DNA of 33,806 bases from Paraglomus brasilianum (Eukaryota): positions 1 through 33,806 of the forward strand of contig CAJVPI010000352.1 of assembly GCA_910592345.1 (NCBI GenBank), given 5' to 3'. Under the pieces are notes generated by a model, which made no database searches, was not told the origin of the DNA, and saw only the letters and a program-made list of their open reading frames with translations. Shown here one piece after another: positions 9,776 through 23,203 of this stretch; the stretch's first letter is position 1, and the number at the start of each line of letters is the position of its first letter. A program made the position numbers and the translations under genes.

Positions 9776-12458
9776 TATTAATTTATGTAACAATTAATAA
9801 TAAAAAAAGGAAAAATTAAAAAAAGCAAAATTTCCCTCAAAAATTTTAAGTCATAGTCACAATAGAAGGCTCTTGCAAAGTTAGTATTTTGCATTTAAAC
9901 TAACTTTGTAGATCAACAAAGATTTGTTGACTATTAATATCAAGATAATTTGTGGTAAAATATTAATGATGTGCCATTTAGATTGTTTTATACTTTTTTG
10001 TAAATTAACAACAGGAACATTGCATACTATTATTAATTACCATGACAAAAATATTTTCATAACTTTTCCAACTTTGGATCAAATTGCATCATCATATAAA
10101 GCATAGTGATAAATGAACCCAAATGTCTATAATATAAATGTTTCATACCATATTAACATTGCAAACAATTCTAGATTAAACCCAGCTGCCGGGCCAACTC
10201 ATTTCTCCAGCCAATGTTCCTAAAGTCATTGACAGACTAAGTAAACAGTCCTGACCCCAACCCATTTGAAAACTTCGTTAAGAATAGAGTGAAAAAAAGA
10301 GTACATCAAACCTGTGGTGAATTAGTTGAGAAAGGTAATGGTAAAGTCTATGTGAAAGAGTATTGAACAATTATTATACTTGAAAAATGGGAAACAAATC
10401 TCATTTAATTGTTGTTAATAAAATCTACAACTTTTTAGCTGTAAATGAGGTATCTTACAACTGTATGACTCAGAGAAATGGTTTGTGCCATACTGAAAAA
10501 CATTAATTTGCAAAAGCTTTGGTAACACGCTGAAGAATGCATTGATAACCTCAGTATTAGAAACCTTTTTTCAATGACCAACTATAACAAATGAATTCTT
10601 ACCCTAACATAATAACCAAGGGTATGGAAGGCGTATTAGGATAGTATACTAATACTAGAGTAGTCAACAGCGACGCGTTCCGTCGTTCATTTTGGCACAG
10701 AAATATGCAATAAGGTTTACATGGGTACACAATTTATATACTACATATCAGTTCCGCTTTTTTAGTCGGTAGCGCAAAGAAATAGTTTTGCACTGAAACA
10801 ACAAAAAAGCCGTTGGAAAAGGATCGTCCATCGCCCTTATTCTTTTAATGATTATTTATATCATTATTCCAATAAAGTATGCACTTAATTCGAAGTCTAT
10901 TTACTGTACTCTTGAAAATCTAAGTGTTAATCCGGAAGTTAACAATTACGCAGTTTAAAAGTACTTCTCTTTGTCAATGTGAATTGTGTCATGCTTATCA
11001 CTGTATGGTTTTGGACTAGGCAAAGAGATTAGCGCTCGGTAACATAATACTAAGAATACAATATAAGGAGCAACACGGTGAGCTAAGAAGAAATTTTGAG
11101 CTTACTAACTAGTTGTTGAAGCTTGGTGAGCGAAATAGCCTGTATTGTCTACTATATAATATATACAACAGCCCCTTGGGATCCATCCTTTGTGACAATT
11201 TAAAATATAATTCCTTGACAGATTAATGCCGCCTGGATTTCTTTTTAATTGAATTACATTGCAGTACTATCCCACGCATTGAGATTTCTCGTGGAACGGG
11301 ATAAGTTTGGCACGATTTACGCTAACACAAAAAAGCACTTTTAACAGCAGATTGTATTAGATAACTATATAAAACCTAAGCTAACAATTAGAGTAAATAG
11401 GACAATTACAAACAACGCTTAGGAGACATTATATGAACAATTATACAAATAAGAAAAATTGAACTGGCAATATGATGCACACAATGTAACGCGATCGATC
11501 CGTCACATATAGAACAGGCAAAAGCTAATACTAACTACACAATACTATCTATTAAATTTTTCAAAAACAATCCCTAGTAGGAGATGTGAGTATTCGACTC
11601 CGATAAAAATATGCAGCAGTCAAAATAGTGCCCTGTTACAAAAGTGTCAATTAATTGCGTCTCGTCACAGATTTGTTATGAAATTGTGCCGCGTGAACAC
11701 AAAGTTACGTATGGCGACTATCCAAGACTTGTGCCTTATCTCCCTACCAATGTGAAGGGCGTGTTGTAGTGTTGTAGGGTGCTGAGTGTAATATAGATTT
11801 ATTTACTTCATAAAATGGTATGATGCAAAAGAATATTCGTACTTTCTAAACTCAGCAACACGCTTGCGTTGACGCCTTTAGAAGAGAAGTTCTCTGAAAA
11901 GTATTGCGAGTGTTTACAATCTTTTGTCAGTAGAGAAGCGCACTTGTTGGCTAGTGAATATAGACACATTAAAGTCCCACCGTCACATTTTTAAGATTTG
12001 GCAAATCAACAAATTGCTTGACACGTCTAAAGTAGTTAAACTCTATTATTATAAAGCAAACATTATTAATTATTAGCTAATATATAATCGCATCAATGAC
12101 CCCGCTTCTGAAAAGCTTCTGGGAATTGAGATTTCATAACTGGGTGGTTGTTCCATTATGTTACTGTCTTGGCAAATCATCCGTGAGCAAATGCCAAATA
12201 TAGAATCCTATCTCAATAATGGCGTTACGTGAGATATTCTGTATAGTGTTCGTTCCTGCTATTTTTTCATTCTGATATGATATGTGTGCAAACAATAGGA
12301 TAGTATGCATCATTGCCGAAGACAACGAGTAGATATACCTTGATCGTTCAGCATGATCGAGTTAAATGCTGTACACAGTTTAATTTATAAATTTTCATTT
12401 GAAGTACAAAACATGCAAACCGTAATTTGTATTACTTCCATCTTTTTTGCTGTACAAA

Positions 12459-14054
12459 ATGGCTTCTGAAGGTATGATAGAATCGATGTATGGACTTTCA
12501 AGCTTCAGCAAAAACTTTCTAGTTTATGCCCTCCTCTATCACTTCTCCTCTTAGACTTGCAAGCTTTCCTCGACTTTGCCATATTGCTTGCCCGTGAAGG
12601 CGGTCAGTTGATCCTCGAAGGCTCCAAAGCGCGATATGCATCTCAAGGTACAGTGTTCTGGAAAGCTGGTAACCCAGCAGACCTGGTTACGGAAACGGAC
12701 AAGATGATCGAAGAAGTTGTAAAGAAGAGACTGAAAGAAAGGTTTCCTCAACACAAGTGAGTACGCGGTAAGGGAAGAGGGGGCAGGTGTTGTCTTTGAA
12801 GAGTTTTCTTTTTGCTTGAGAATGTTTGCATTTATCAACACGAAGGGGGGGGGTTGTTTTTTAATATGAAATTCTGTTCAGATTTATCGGCGAGGAAACT
12901 GTATCGAGTGGAGAAGATTCTGCCTTAACAGACGAGCCTACTTGGATTGTTGATCCTATAGGTAATTGCATCTTTGGGTTAATTTAGGCGCACACACAAT
13001 AAATGAAATGGAATGTTGATTTATGAATTGTTATTTTGAATAGACGGTACAACTAACTTCGTGCATGGGTAAAGACAACATAGGTTGTTTTATTCTCTCT
13101 CGCGTTTTGTTCGATTATTAAGTTATTAATACGCCGTGTCATTAATTTTTAGTTTTCAATATGTTGCTATTTCAATTGCATTGACGATCAACAAGGAACC
13201 CGTCGTCGGCGTTGTTTATAATCCATTCTTAGACGAAGTGAGCAAGTATATAATATCAAGTTTTTGTTGTAATTAAGTGTTTGACCATTGTCTACGATTC
13301 GCACTACATCCTGTTCATTAGATCTTCACAGCGTCAAAAAACTCTGGCGCATTTCTCAACCTTTCAACACGTCTTCCGCTCTCTCACCCTCATCCTCCAC
13401 TCCCACTTCCTTCGTCGCTTTCCCAATGCCTTGTTGCGACAGAATACGGTCATTGTCGTACTCCACATGTCATCGATAGGAAAGTCATGTCTATTCATAA
13501 CATGGTGGCTAGGCCAGGGGATAACAAGTGGAGTGAAAGCGGAAAGAATGCTGGCTTGGTGCATGGGGTTAGGAGTACTGGAAGTGCGGCATTGAATTTG
13601 TGCACTGCTGCCAAAGGACAAATAGACATGTATTGGGAGATTGGTCCCTGGGAGTGGTAAGTTGAGCTGATAATGGGAATGCGGGCAAGATGGAAATATA
13701 TAGGGTTAGTTAAAGTAGCAATCAACGAGATGAGTACGGGAAACCCCTGACTTGTTTGTGCGTTCATCAATAGTCTCAACTAATTAAGGATTGCATGTTT
13801 GTCAATACAATATCTCCTACAGGGACGTAGCAGCAGGTGTCTTGATACTCGGAGAATCTGGCGGCATCGTAGTTGATGCTTATGGTCCCGATGAAGGACC
13901 TGCAGACATTCTCAGCAGACGCTTTCTAGCAGTTCGGGCGGGATCACCTGCACCCGGAGATAAGACGAGCAGAGAAAGTCAATTGAGGCTTGTTAAGGAG
14001 ATGTGGGATGTTGTCGAACAGGTTGAGGTTTCGAGAATAGAGGCTAGGCTTTGA
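12459..14054 (+). CDS. Inositol monophosphatase; exons 12459-12471, 12555-12756, 12882-12961, 13044-13068, 13153-13237, 13322-13656, 13823-14054
   Basis: The spliced product contains DLVTETD, FIGEE, WIVDPIDGTTNFVHG, GVVYNP, GVRSTGSAALNLC and YWEIGPWEWDVAAG, the FIG/IMPase signatures. All six introns are GT-AG with consistent phases. Confidence 0.95.
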
Positions 14055-16805
14055 TGGATATACAGCATAGAATTATTTACATTGTTATATTGCATTCCCT
14101 GACATTTATTAGCATACTGCATTTGTTTTTATTTGGTCATGCTGCAAGCAAAGTGATATGATGCAACAGATGGACTTTAGTGATCCATTTTTGATGTCCG
14201 TTGTTCTTGTTCTCTACAATCTTTTAGCTGTTCAATGACTTCCAAGATAAAATTTCACAAAAATACCGGCTCTTCATATCTAAACATTGTCGGCTCTTTT
14301 GTATTCTTTTTAGTATGTCAGCCAGATATATTCTACTCAGCTTGCTTGGAAAGTTGACGAAACCCCCTCCCCCCTTTAAAGCGGGACTTTAACACTTTTT
14401 CTAAAATTGCCCGTTTTCATTAGTAGTATGTATGACTAAACGCCAAAGGCTTGCAATGTACTTAGTTTGGACATCCAGCCGAGAAGATATCGACACGACT
14501 ACCAATGGTCTCTATGAATTACTCTGTCTTTATGATAAAATCTTCTGCAGTAATTGTATTCGTTAGATCGATACGTGTCAGTTCGCTACGCTGTGTACTC
14601 TTCCACCCTGATTGTTGTTTAGACGTGACTGCAACAAAGACGAACTGACATTGTCTGAAATTCGCTATTTGATTTGAGCGTTGCATTTCGTGCATTAGTT
14701 CTTTATCGAGTTTGACGTGCGAAAAGTCTGTCCAACTTTAGTTTGTGTTTTTGTGGTTGAGGTGATACGGTCTTGAAACTGATGAGTAGGTAAATGTTTA
14801 ACTGTTATGGTAATTAAGTTGGGCTTATATTAATTTAACACGTGTGCTTGCTTTTTCTTTCTCAGACACAAGAGATTTGAATAATGACATTTCAGCGATC
14901 TATAAAAATAGGTGATCATCAGAAAATCGTTTATATGGTAATACACCCAGATAGGGTTCAACGCCACAAATTGGTCTTACCTTTTTTTCTTTAAGTTACC
15001 CTTCATATCTGCCTTTAAGTGCAAAGCAATGATAGTACTTATAAACCATTTTTTTTGGCCGAACATTGTCTGCATTTAAACAAGTCAATTCTTAAAGCAG
15101 TCACGGGAAGTTCTCGTATAGCAAATAGGTTGAGTTTGTGCAATACGAACACCGGTGCTAAGAATTTGGTTTTCACAATATGATAATATTAGAGAAACCC
15201 ATTGTTAATGCGAAACTCGATTTTTGTTTGAAGTGCGTTTTATTTTCAATTGGCATACTTCAAACCAAAACTGTTTGATAGATAAACCAACTGTTTTCAT
15301 AATTTATTGTTTAATGAACGCTCAATCGGCGTTTGATAGACTCGAAGATTGGTTATAAAACTAATATCAGTTCACCCACAATTTACAAAATTACAATCGA
15401 TCAAGTTAAACTCGTTAACAATTAAATAATCTGTATCAAACGCATTTGTTCCACAAAAAACAAATCTACAAAAATGCTTACTTCTGTTGAATTCTTTGCG
15501 AGCGATTGATTAGCATTATAAGACTTACAATTAACTCGACAATATAAATCAAAAGCTTAAAGCAATAATTCAAGCAGTCGACCAGGAAAATTCTTAAACT
15601 ACTAATCTACTCAGTGAGCGAAAACATTGAAATTTTATGAAAATTTAAAACAGTCCCAAACCGGTGAAAATATCATCTCCTAGTTAACCCATACCCACAT
15701 GGAAATAAATAAATAAAATAATGCCATGGCGTTATCTCTTTGAGTTTATTGTGATTGGTCAGAACATCAACATTAATACTTTTGTCAGTGCTATTATAAT
15801 CCGTTTTAAATTACCCAATTTTGTTTTCTATAATAATAAATACTTATATGAAACTATACTAATCAACATTAAATCCACTGTGGAACCAACGAATTACAGC
15901 ACTATTAGAAGCATTTCAAAAAAAGAATGTTTGATATTAATTTAATGGTCAACACTTGACATCACAGATGTGGCTTAGCATTTAGACCAAAAGTTTTTGT
16001 GTATCTAAAACTGTTATTACCATTCATGTGTCCTTATCATTTCCTGTTACTGTGTTTTAGTCATTCAAGAATTTGCTCCATTACTAACTCCCCTTCATAT
16101 TCATCTATGCTGTAATTTGTTTGGAAGATTGAGGCTGAGTACCATTGTCATTAATTCCAGAGATACTGCTGAGTGTACACACACTCTTAAAGCACAGAGG
16201 ACCAATTTGCTGTGGAGAAAATATGGCACTGGAACATTCTGGGCCACAATCATAACAAAAATGAGCAATAGCTAGCATTATCCATATTTTAGAAACAAGT
16301 AAAATATGATTGAGAGTCACACTTCTCAAAACATGTCAAAAGTTCTTACCATCAACCATGTTTGGTGTGGGGCTTTCTCTGCTGGAAAGTGGTGAATTGA
16401 CATAGTGCTTTCTTTCACTTCCTTACATTATCATTATAATAATCATGTTCACATCTAGTGATGCTTGATGATTAGCATATTTATCTAGTAACTCTTCTTT
16501 ATCATTAATATTAGTATTACTGGTATGTCCAATTTTCCATCTCAATGTTTTGCAAAAGAGGAATGACTGACTTGATTACTCTTGTTTGCTGATTTCATAG
16601 CTTGTTTGTATTTATGGAAAACAGAAGTATAGCTTTCATCTGTGGGTAAGTCAATGTCTGGGTTATATGACTGCCAGGGCTTGGATTTCAGCAAGGATAA
16701 AAGATGAAACTTCTTTGGCATTATCATGGGTAATTGTTACTTTACTTGACTGTTGAGGCAAGCGTTTAGTGTTGCCATGCACTCTCAGCATTAGTCCATG
16801 TTCTT

Positions 16806-17200
16806 CTAATTGCTTATGCTGTCAAGTTTGTTCCTACTAACTAGTAAGGATAAAACCCTCTGAAGTTCGATGTCGGCGGATTTGCTCAGTGCTTTGTAAT
16901 ATTCATCTAAGCGAATGGCAGCAAGACGTAAAGCCTCAAAAAGCTGCCCGATCCGGTGAATATGGCTTGCATTGTGAGAATGCATCGGGGGTAAAAGTCC
17001 GTTAGAGGATCCACGGTAAGATAGACACCGCCCTAAACATGGTCCAGCAACGGCCACAATTAAGGATGGGCAATTGCACTCTCTGCTACGCTTATCATAA
17101 CGGTTGGTGTATTTTTTTTGGGCGATATTACCTTTTACGTCAACAACCGGGGATGTTACCAAACGTAGCTCGACCCCAGTAGTTGTACAATTAAGACTGA
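16806..17200 (-). pseudogene. Decayed member of an expanded fungal family, possibly Crinkler-related nuclease/kinase
   Basis: RECNCPSLIVAVAGP...RIGQLFEALRLAAIRLDEYYKAL resembles, from memory, a conserved CPSxxxxxAGPW...LFxALR..L..YY segment of such proteins. Internal deletions and no intact start. Confidence 0.4.
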
Positions 17201-20200
17201 CTTGCTTACATGATTATCCACCAGACTTTAAGACAGTTATTTGACAAAAAGCTCGAGTTGGACTCGAATATTATTCCGCCCCTTATTCTACGTCACCACT
17301 GCGTCTACGCGCCACGGACCTAAAAACAATATGTGATGCAAGTTTATTAGACGAAGACACAACAGATAGTGATACGCGTAGTCCAAGTAAAACGAATGCC
17401 GGCAAAATAATCATAGGATATTTCATCATCTTATCGAATGATTCTTAGTTAATTGGATATTTAGAATACACAATTAATAAAGCTCCTTACTTAATAATAA
17501 TCGAGATATAGTATTTATATCTCTCCGGTGTCTCGTACCAGTATAAGTAGCGAAGCATACAGAGGATTTAGTGACGTTTGAGAAGTTAAGCACCAGGCTA
17601 GATCCTTAGGACCGATTATATCCGCTCTCCCGTATGTATAGTTGGCCCGACAACAAAATGGCTATTGAACTCCACGACTTACTCGGTAAAAGAAACCAGT
17701 GAAGTAATTAAACGATGGATTGATAAAAAGGTCTAGGCAGAGAAGATAGTGAAAATAAAGACAAAAATTTTAATAACATTGACAACATGGTTAATGATAG
17801 TCTTTATGAAGATAGTACTTAGTTTTATACCAGAGTGACCAAGGAGACACGTTATCCTCTTGTTAATGGGTTTGGGACCGAGTATTTTCCTTTCATGCAA
17901 TCACTCTGGTGCTTTTATTGTATTCAAGCGCGATCGCATTCGATAATAAAAATGATAGAATCATTGTTACGTTATTTTGACACGTTGTGTCAATGTAGCG
18001 AAATGCGAATCAAAGCTCAACGGATGCGCTCAAGTAGTCAATAGTTGATAACTGCGAGGAACGATCTTGGCAAGGATTTTAGCGCATAGATTTTAAGGTG
18101 CTCAACTACCCTAAATCACCAACTACCCATCTTCATAGATCATCCATCATTTGTGACTAGTCAAACTCTTTTAGGAGAGTTATTAAAAAAGCCGTAGGTA
18201 CGTTCCTTATTTTGATGATCGTTACAGCAGTAACAGCAGTCGAATTGCCGACTCTTATTTACATTTAGAACAGTATTAAATATATAAGTCATTAAATTTA
18301 TCCATTAGAATAAAATTTCTTTTAAGCTTCGTCAATGCGAGTAATGGCAATTGCATATTTAATGATGTTTGTTAAGTAGTAATATTTATCCTTTTTATCG
18401 ATCGATATACTAAAATAGTAAATCACTATTCATTTCATTTCCCTGTGTTCGTGTTTCAGATAGAACGAAATGGTTTACGCAAATTTTAAGTCTCGCAGTG
18501 TGAAGTGCACGCCAGATAGTTGAGTCAGCATATTCCTTTTTTTCCAAGAAATTGAAAATTGCCTAATGCATTTCAACGTTAGTCGCGAATGTATAAAGAA
18601 TGCAAGAACTTGACTTTATTTGATCCGGAGACTTTATACCGACTGAATTGACCGCTCTCATTCCATGTGTTTCAGCAACCTTGTCATCGCCAAGAATACT
18701 GCTTCTTTGCAAGTCGATAAGTATGATATATAGACGCGAAACTATTCTCATTATTGCCCATGACGTGACAAAAGTCAATTGATAGCATAAAAAAGACTTA
18801 TTGTTTGTTGTAAATGACATAATTATCATAGTGAAGCTTTCGAGTGCGTAAAATTTATCGTACACGGCACATTGAATTATTGTTATCCCAGAAGCATACT
18901 TCCTGTATATATCGATTCTAAAGACTCTCTTGCAGTAATTATCATTCTGTTAATCGACGACAAGAACTTACTTATGCGTATAAGTGCTTAAAAGTCTCTT
19001 TGCAAAGCCAAATAATAAAAACTGATACCCAACACACAACGCAATCTATTGAACTGAGAATTGAAGAGTGTTGAGAGGAAAAGAATCATTCACCAGAGTT
19101 AAAGACAAGTACAATGATAACAAGAAAGTACACACGCTGAATTTCCGACTGACAAGAGTATGGTTGTATGTGAGAGCAGAGATCGGGGGAACAACAGGTC
19201 CATTGAACGCTTGAATGGCTTGCATTTTCTATTATCACATCTTATTCAAGAGAAAGGGACAACAATGACGTCAAAATTTCACCTTGTCTGATTCTGTTTG
19301 CATACGCCGCACGTATGTTGCATGTTCCAATTGTTGTTCCATTGTTCTTATATTTGCCCCAGTGACTTTTCTTCTAATAGATATATCATAGTCCATCTTA
19401 ATTTAATTTAAACACGCATGAAATCAATGTATACAAAAACGCACATAGCCACACAAATAATGTCTTTGCTTACGCCACAAATGATATGCCCGCACTGTTG
19501 TTTGTTTGCTGTACTGTCGGAGTTAATTTTGCAAGTATTATCTAATCCGTCAATTTTGTCGAATAGCTTGGGGCAAGCTTATTTTTCAATTTTGGGATCG
19601 ATCTTCTTTACTGTTAAATCTTATCCCGTGTATATACGGTGTTATGATTCACCCATTATTGCAACTCATAACCCATTATTGCAACCCATTATTACACATA
19701 TTATATTATGCACATTGTCATATATCCACGCTCCGCATATACGTTTGTTTGTATATATTACATCAGTATAATCAATTTTATTTATTTATTTTTTTGCTTC
19801 TTATATTTTGTATGTATCGTATCAAATACTGCTTGATATTTTATCTTTATATTTATATGATAACTATAATAATTTATAGTTATCTTTTGTATATCTTTTT
19901 TTAGCGATTCTTAAAAAAAACGAAAGAAAGAGAATGTGTTTAATAAAATCGATGAAAAAACTACGTTCAAAATGTATGTAAAAAAAATTGGATTTAAAAA
20001 AAAAAACAAAAAAAAAACTATCTTTTACGTGAAAAGTAAGGACGAGATTAAATCACATCCTTTTCCAATGTCCATCTGATTTTGTTATGAGTTTGTTTTT
20101 AAAAAAAAAAAAAACAAACAATTCCGAATTGTGAAATCGAACAGTTTCAAAGTATCCCGTAGAGTATATAATAGTATCGCAGAAATACTATCTCCAATCG

Positions 20201-20296
20201 CTATTACTACAAACGTCGATATGAATAATAATAGCAATATAAACGCTACAAAATACAGAGAACCAATAAACCCCAATGCGATAAACTCCTTCCTCC

Positions 20297-22118
20297 TCAA
20301 CACATTCTAAACTCTGTTGTTACACGTCTCTGATAATTATAATCGTCAAATCTTAATAAATCACGCGAATTCTGTCTTGCATATCCAAACTCGTACTCTT
20401 TTAACCGATTGCTAGTCGTAACGTTCGGATGGCTTGAATATTGTGGAGATGGTAAAGCGTACGGGTATGTTGTCGGTAAGGGTGATGTTGAGATTGGTGG
20501 AGACAAGTATGAAGAAGACGGTGTGAATGATGATGGCGGCGGTGATGTTGAGATTGGTGGAGACAAGTATGAGGAAGATGGTGTGAATGATGATGGCGGC
20601 GGTGAAGGCGATGAATACGACGAAACTGATGATGATGACGAAGAGAATGGGGAGGGTGGAGATGGGGTAAATAAAGAGAAATTTGTGGGGCACGATGATG
20701 TTAAGTTGTATATGTTGACTGTATCGTTTGGTGGTTGATAGACATGAACTTTGTATCCTTGTTGGTTTGGTTGGTCGACCTACATTGACGGTAACATTGG
20801 GTGTGAATAAAGAGTTGAAATTCGTATCAATAAATTCGAGTCTGCTAGCTATAATTTCGTTCTCACCTCGACTGGGTCGGGAATTTGTAATTCGGCTCTG
20901 TTGCAGGTATTAACAGCAATGACAAGCTCGTCTCGTGGAGCAGTGACATTCTCAATATCGGATTGGTACACCACGGCTAGTCTATGATAATCAACAGATC
21001 TATCATCAGTCACATGGTCGCACAGTTCACGTGATCACGACAATTTTATCAATACAAACGAATTTTCTTACCTGCGTGTCTGCTCGTTTTCAAAAATAGC
21101 TTTCATATCTGATTCAATTATTTCACTCGTTTTTTCTAGTTGTCGTTTCTGCAACCCAAGAGCTGCATTGGCTTTTTTTAGTGCTTCGATTCGCTTTTTA
21201 TAATCTGTTCGTAAACCCATTGCGGTTTGTTGTGGTGGGCCTCTGAGTGAGCAAAAGAGAATTGATTTGATTAGTATACAGATTTAATAGCCAGTAGGTA
21301 GCGAGATAGTTGATAGTTAAGTTAACAGTCTTGTATTTCTACTAAATATATATAGATATGTAATGAAAACTAACTATTAAAAGTACATAGCAATGAATGC
21401 CCCGCTCCCTCTCGTTTGCACTTGTTCAATTAGCCCCCCCTAACCCTAACCCTTCCCAGTGCAGCTCCACCCAAGAAACTTACTTCCACCTGACATGATT
21501 CTTTGAATTCTTTTCGATTAAACAGACACCTTCGAGTACGTTTGTTATATCATAAATCCTTCGTTTCTGAACATTTAATGCGGTGGCTGCTGTGTTGAGA
21601 TCTAAATCGCCGTCTTTGGATTCTTTGAGTAGGCAGACAAATTTTTTGGTAAGCAAGCCAAGCGAACTGTCATAACGGCATGAGGTTGCGTTAGGAGACG
21701 TCTGGTTGGGGGCTAAATTGTGTGAGAGAGAGTTTGTTAGGATTAGCGATATGGGATTATGGATGATGATAAGTAGCGAAAAGGCTGGATTGCTCATACT
21801 ATGAGTGGTTTGTAATGTATACTCATAAAGAACGGGATATTTGAATGCGAATTGCGATTTTACGAATGTTTTTGTGTGTGTGTGTGTGTTTGTGTGTGTT
21901 TGTGTGTGTTAGGGTGGGGAAGGTGGGAGTGGATGTTTGGATTCTAATATCATAACAATATAATGTGAAATTCTCAACATACCGTCCGGTGTCAAGTCAA
22001 GAGACTGCCTCTTGGTATATGCCTTTCTGCGCATTTGTGGGTATGTATTTGCGCGTACAGGTGATAGCATAGCCTTTGCTACCTCTCGCCTTATATTCGT
22101 TCTGTGGTCTTTACTCAT
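20297..22118 (-). CDS. E2F: E2F transcription factor; complement(join(20297..20779,20867..20981,21072..21242,21484..21712,21983..22118)), ~377 aa
   Basis: Winged-helix domain [13 protein letters not shown]...[39 protein letters not shown], a coiled coil, marked box [19 protein letters not shown] and an S/P-rich tail. Four GT-AG introns give a 1134-nt in-frame CDS. Confidence 0.93.
20481..20605. repeat. 60-bp tandem duplication within the last E2F exon
   Basis: 20481-20540 and 20541-20600 differ at two positions. The unit encodes [20 protein letters not shown] on the minus strand. Confidence 0.95.
21873..21909. repeat. Interrupted (GT)n microsatellite in E2F intron 1
   Basis: tgtgtgtgtgtgtgtgtttgtgtgtgtttgtgtgtgt. 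Confidence 0.9.
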
Positions 22119-23173
22119 TATTCGTAGGTGTGATCGTCACTAAGGGTTATAGGGTTCAGTCTTGCAAAGAGCAGCAGTACGAATTCTAAGACGAATTGCA
22201 ACGTTCTCGTTGACCAAGAGCAACCTTGTAAGAACGAACAAAGAGCAGAAAGGAATCAACGCTAATATTTATTATGGTTGTAATCCCACTATTCACGTTA
22301 CAATTGAATAAGGTTTGTTCTCCGAATATACACGTCCAATTAAAAAGTACATGTTGGCTTTATTGAAAATGAAATATAAATAGAAATTAGAGTAAAAATA
22401 AACAATGATTATGTGCGATTATGTTTGATTATATTAATTATTATATTAATTAAAAATCATTGTTTGAAAAATGTGATAATCGGACAAAGTAATCACACGA
22501 GTGGACAACAAAGTCGGGTTGGGGGTGTTACTGTGACATCTTTGTCTTAATAATAAATAAACACAGTTTATTTGACGTTCATATCATTATTAGTCGTTGT
22601 CCAGGATGAGTAGCATTGTACAAAGCGATTAAAGGGAAATAAACAATGGATGATCAAGCGTTGTTCCAACAAGGAAGTAGCTGGATATGGAATGACGTGA
22701 TGGAAAAAGATGGGAAGAAACAGAGGCGAGGATAGATGGGGATAGGGTGGAGGGATGGGAAAGAAAGAAAGAAAAGGGAAACGGAAACGTGATATCACCG
22801 GAAATGGAGATTGTATTATAAAAAAGCGAACAGGTTAGAATAAAAAGTAGAGTTTACCTGAATTTACTGGAATGATTCCTTAATAAGCAAACAGGTCATA
22901 TGAGAAGAGTTGGATGGGGGTGTGGGGGATGGGGGGAGGCGGCGGCGGATGAGGGAACAATAGCTGGCTGAAGCGGGGAACGGGCTAAAAAGTGAAATTT
23001 GGAAATAATTATGTAATTAATCTGGATATAATCATTACCTGGGACTTGATCGAGAGATACAATATATGTAAGGTATAATATAAAAGTCAATTGAGGCGGA
23101 TGCGAGAATAATCGATCTATAAAATCATATCTATTTTATTTATCTGTCAAATCTATCCATTATTATATGATGC

Positions 23174-23203
23174 AAATAAATAAATAAATAAATAAATAAA
23201 TAA
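23174..23203. repeat. (AAAT)n microsatellite
   Basis: About seven consecutive aaat units. Confidence 0.9.

Noticed and set aside
9850..10620. Possible decayed coding sequence on the minus strand
   Set aside because: Protein-like patches are present, but there are many stops and no motif I can assign.
11969..14392. Inverted TTAAAGTCCC / GGGACTTTAA flanking the IMPase gene, as if the gene were captured by a transposon
   Set aside because: Only 11 of 12 bp match and it does not extend inward. Compatible with chance in AT-rich DNA.
15329..15443. 10-bp inverted repeat GCGTTTGATA / TATCAAACGC suggesting a MITE
   Set aside because: Short, no target-site duplication and no second copy in the window.
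16020..16790. Possible transposase remnant on the minus strand
   Set aside because: Only a vague resemblance to a hAT C-terminus; no catalytic motif could be recovered.
20409..20738. Plus-strand Asp/Gly-rich ORF
   Set aside because: Antisense shadow of the Ser/Pro-rich E2F exon.
21440..21453. TAACCC telomere-like repeats
   Set aside because: Only two units, inside an intron.
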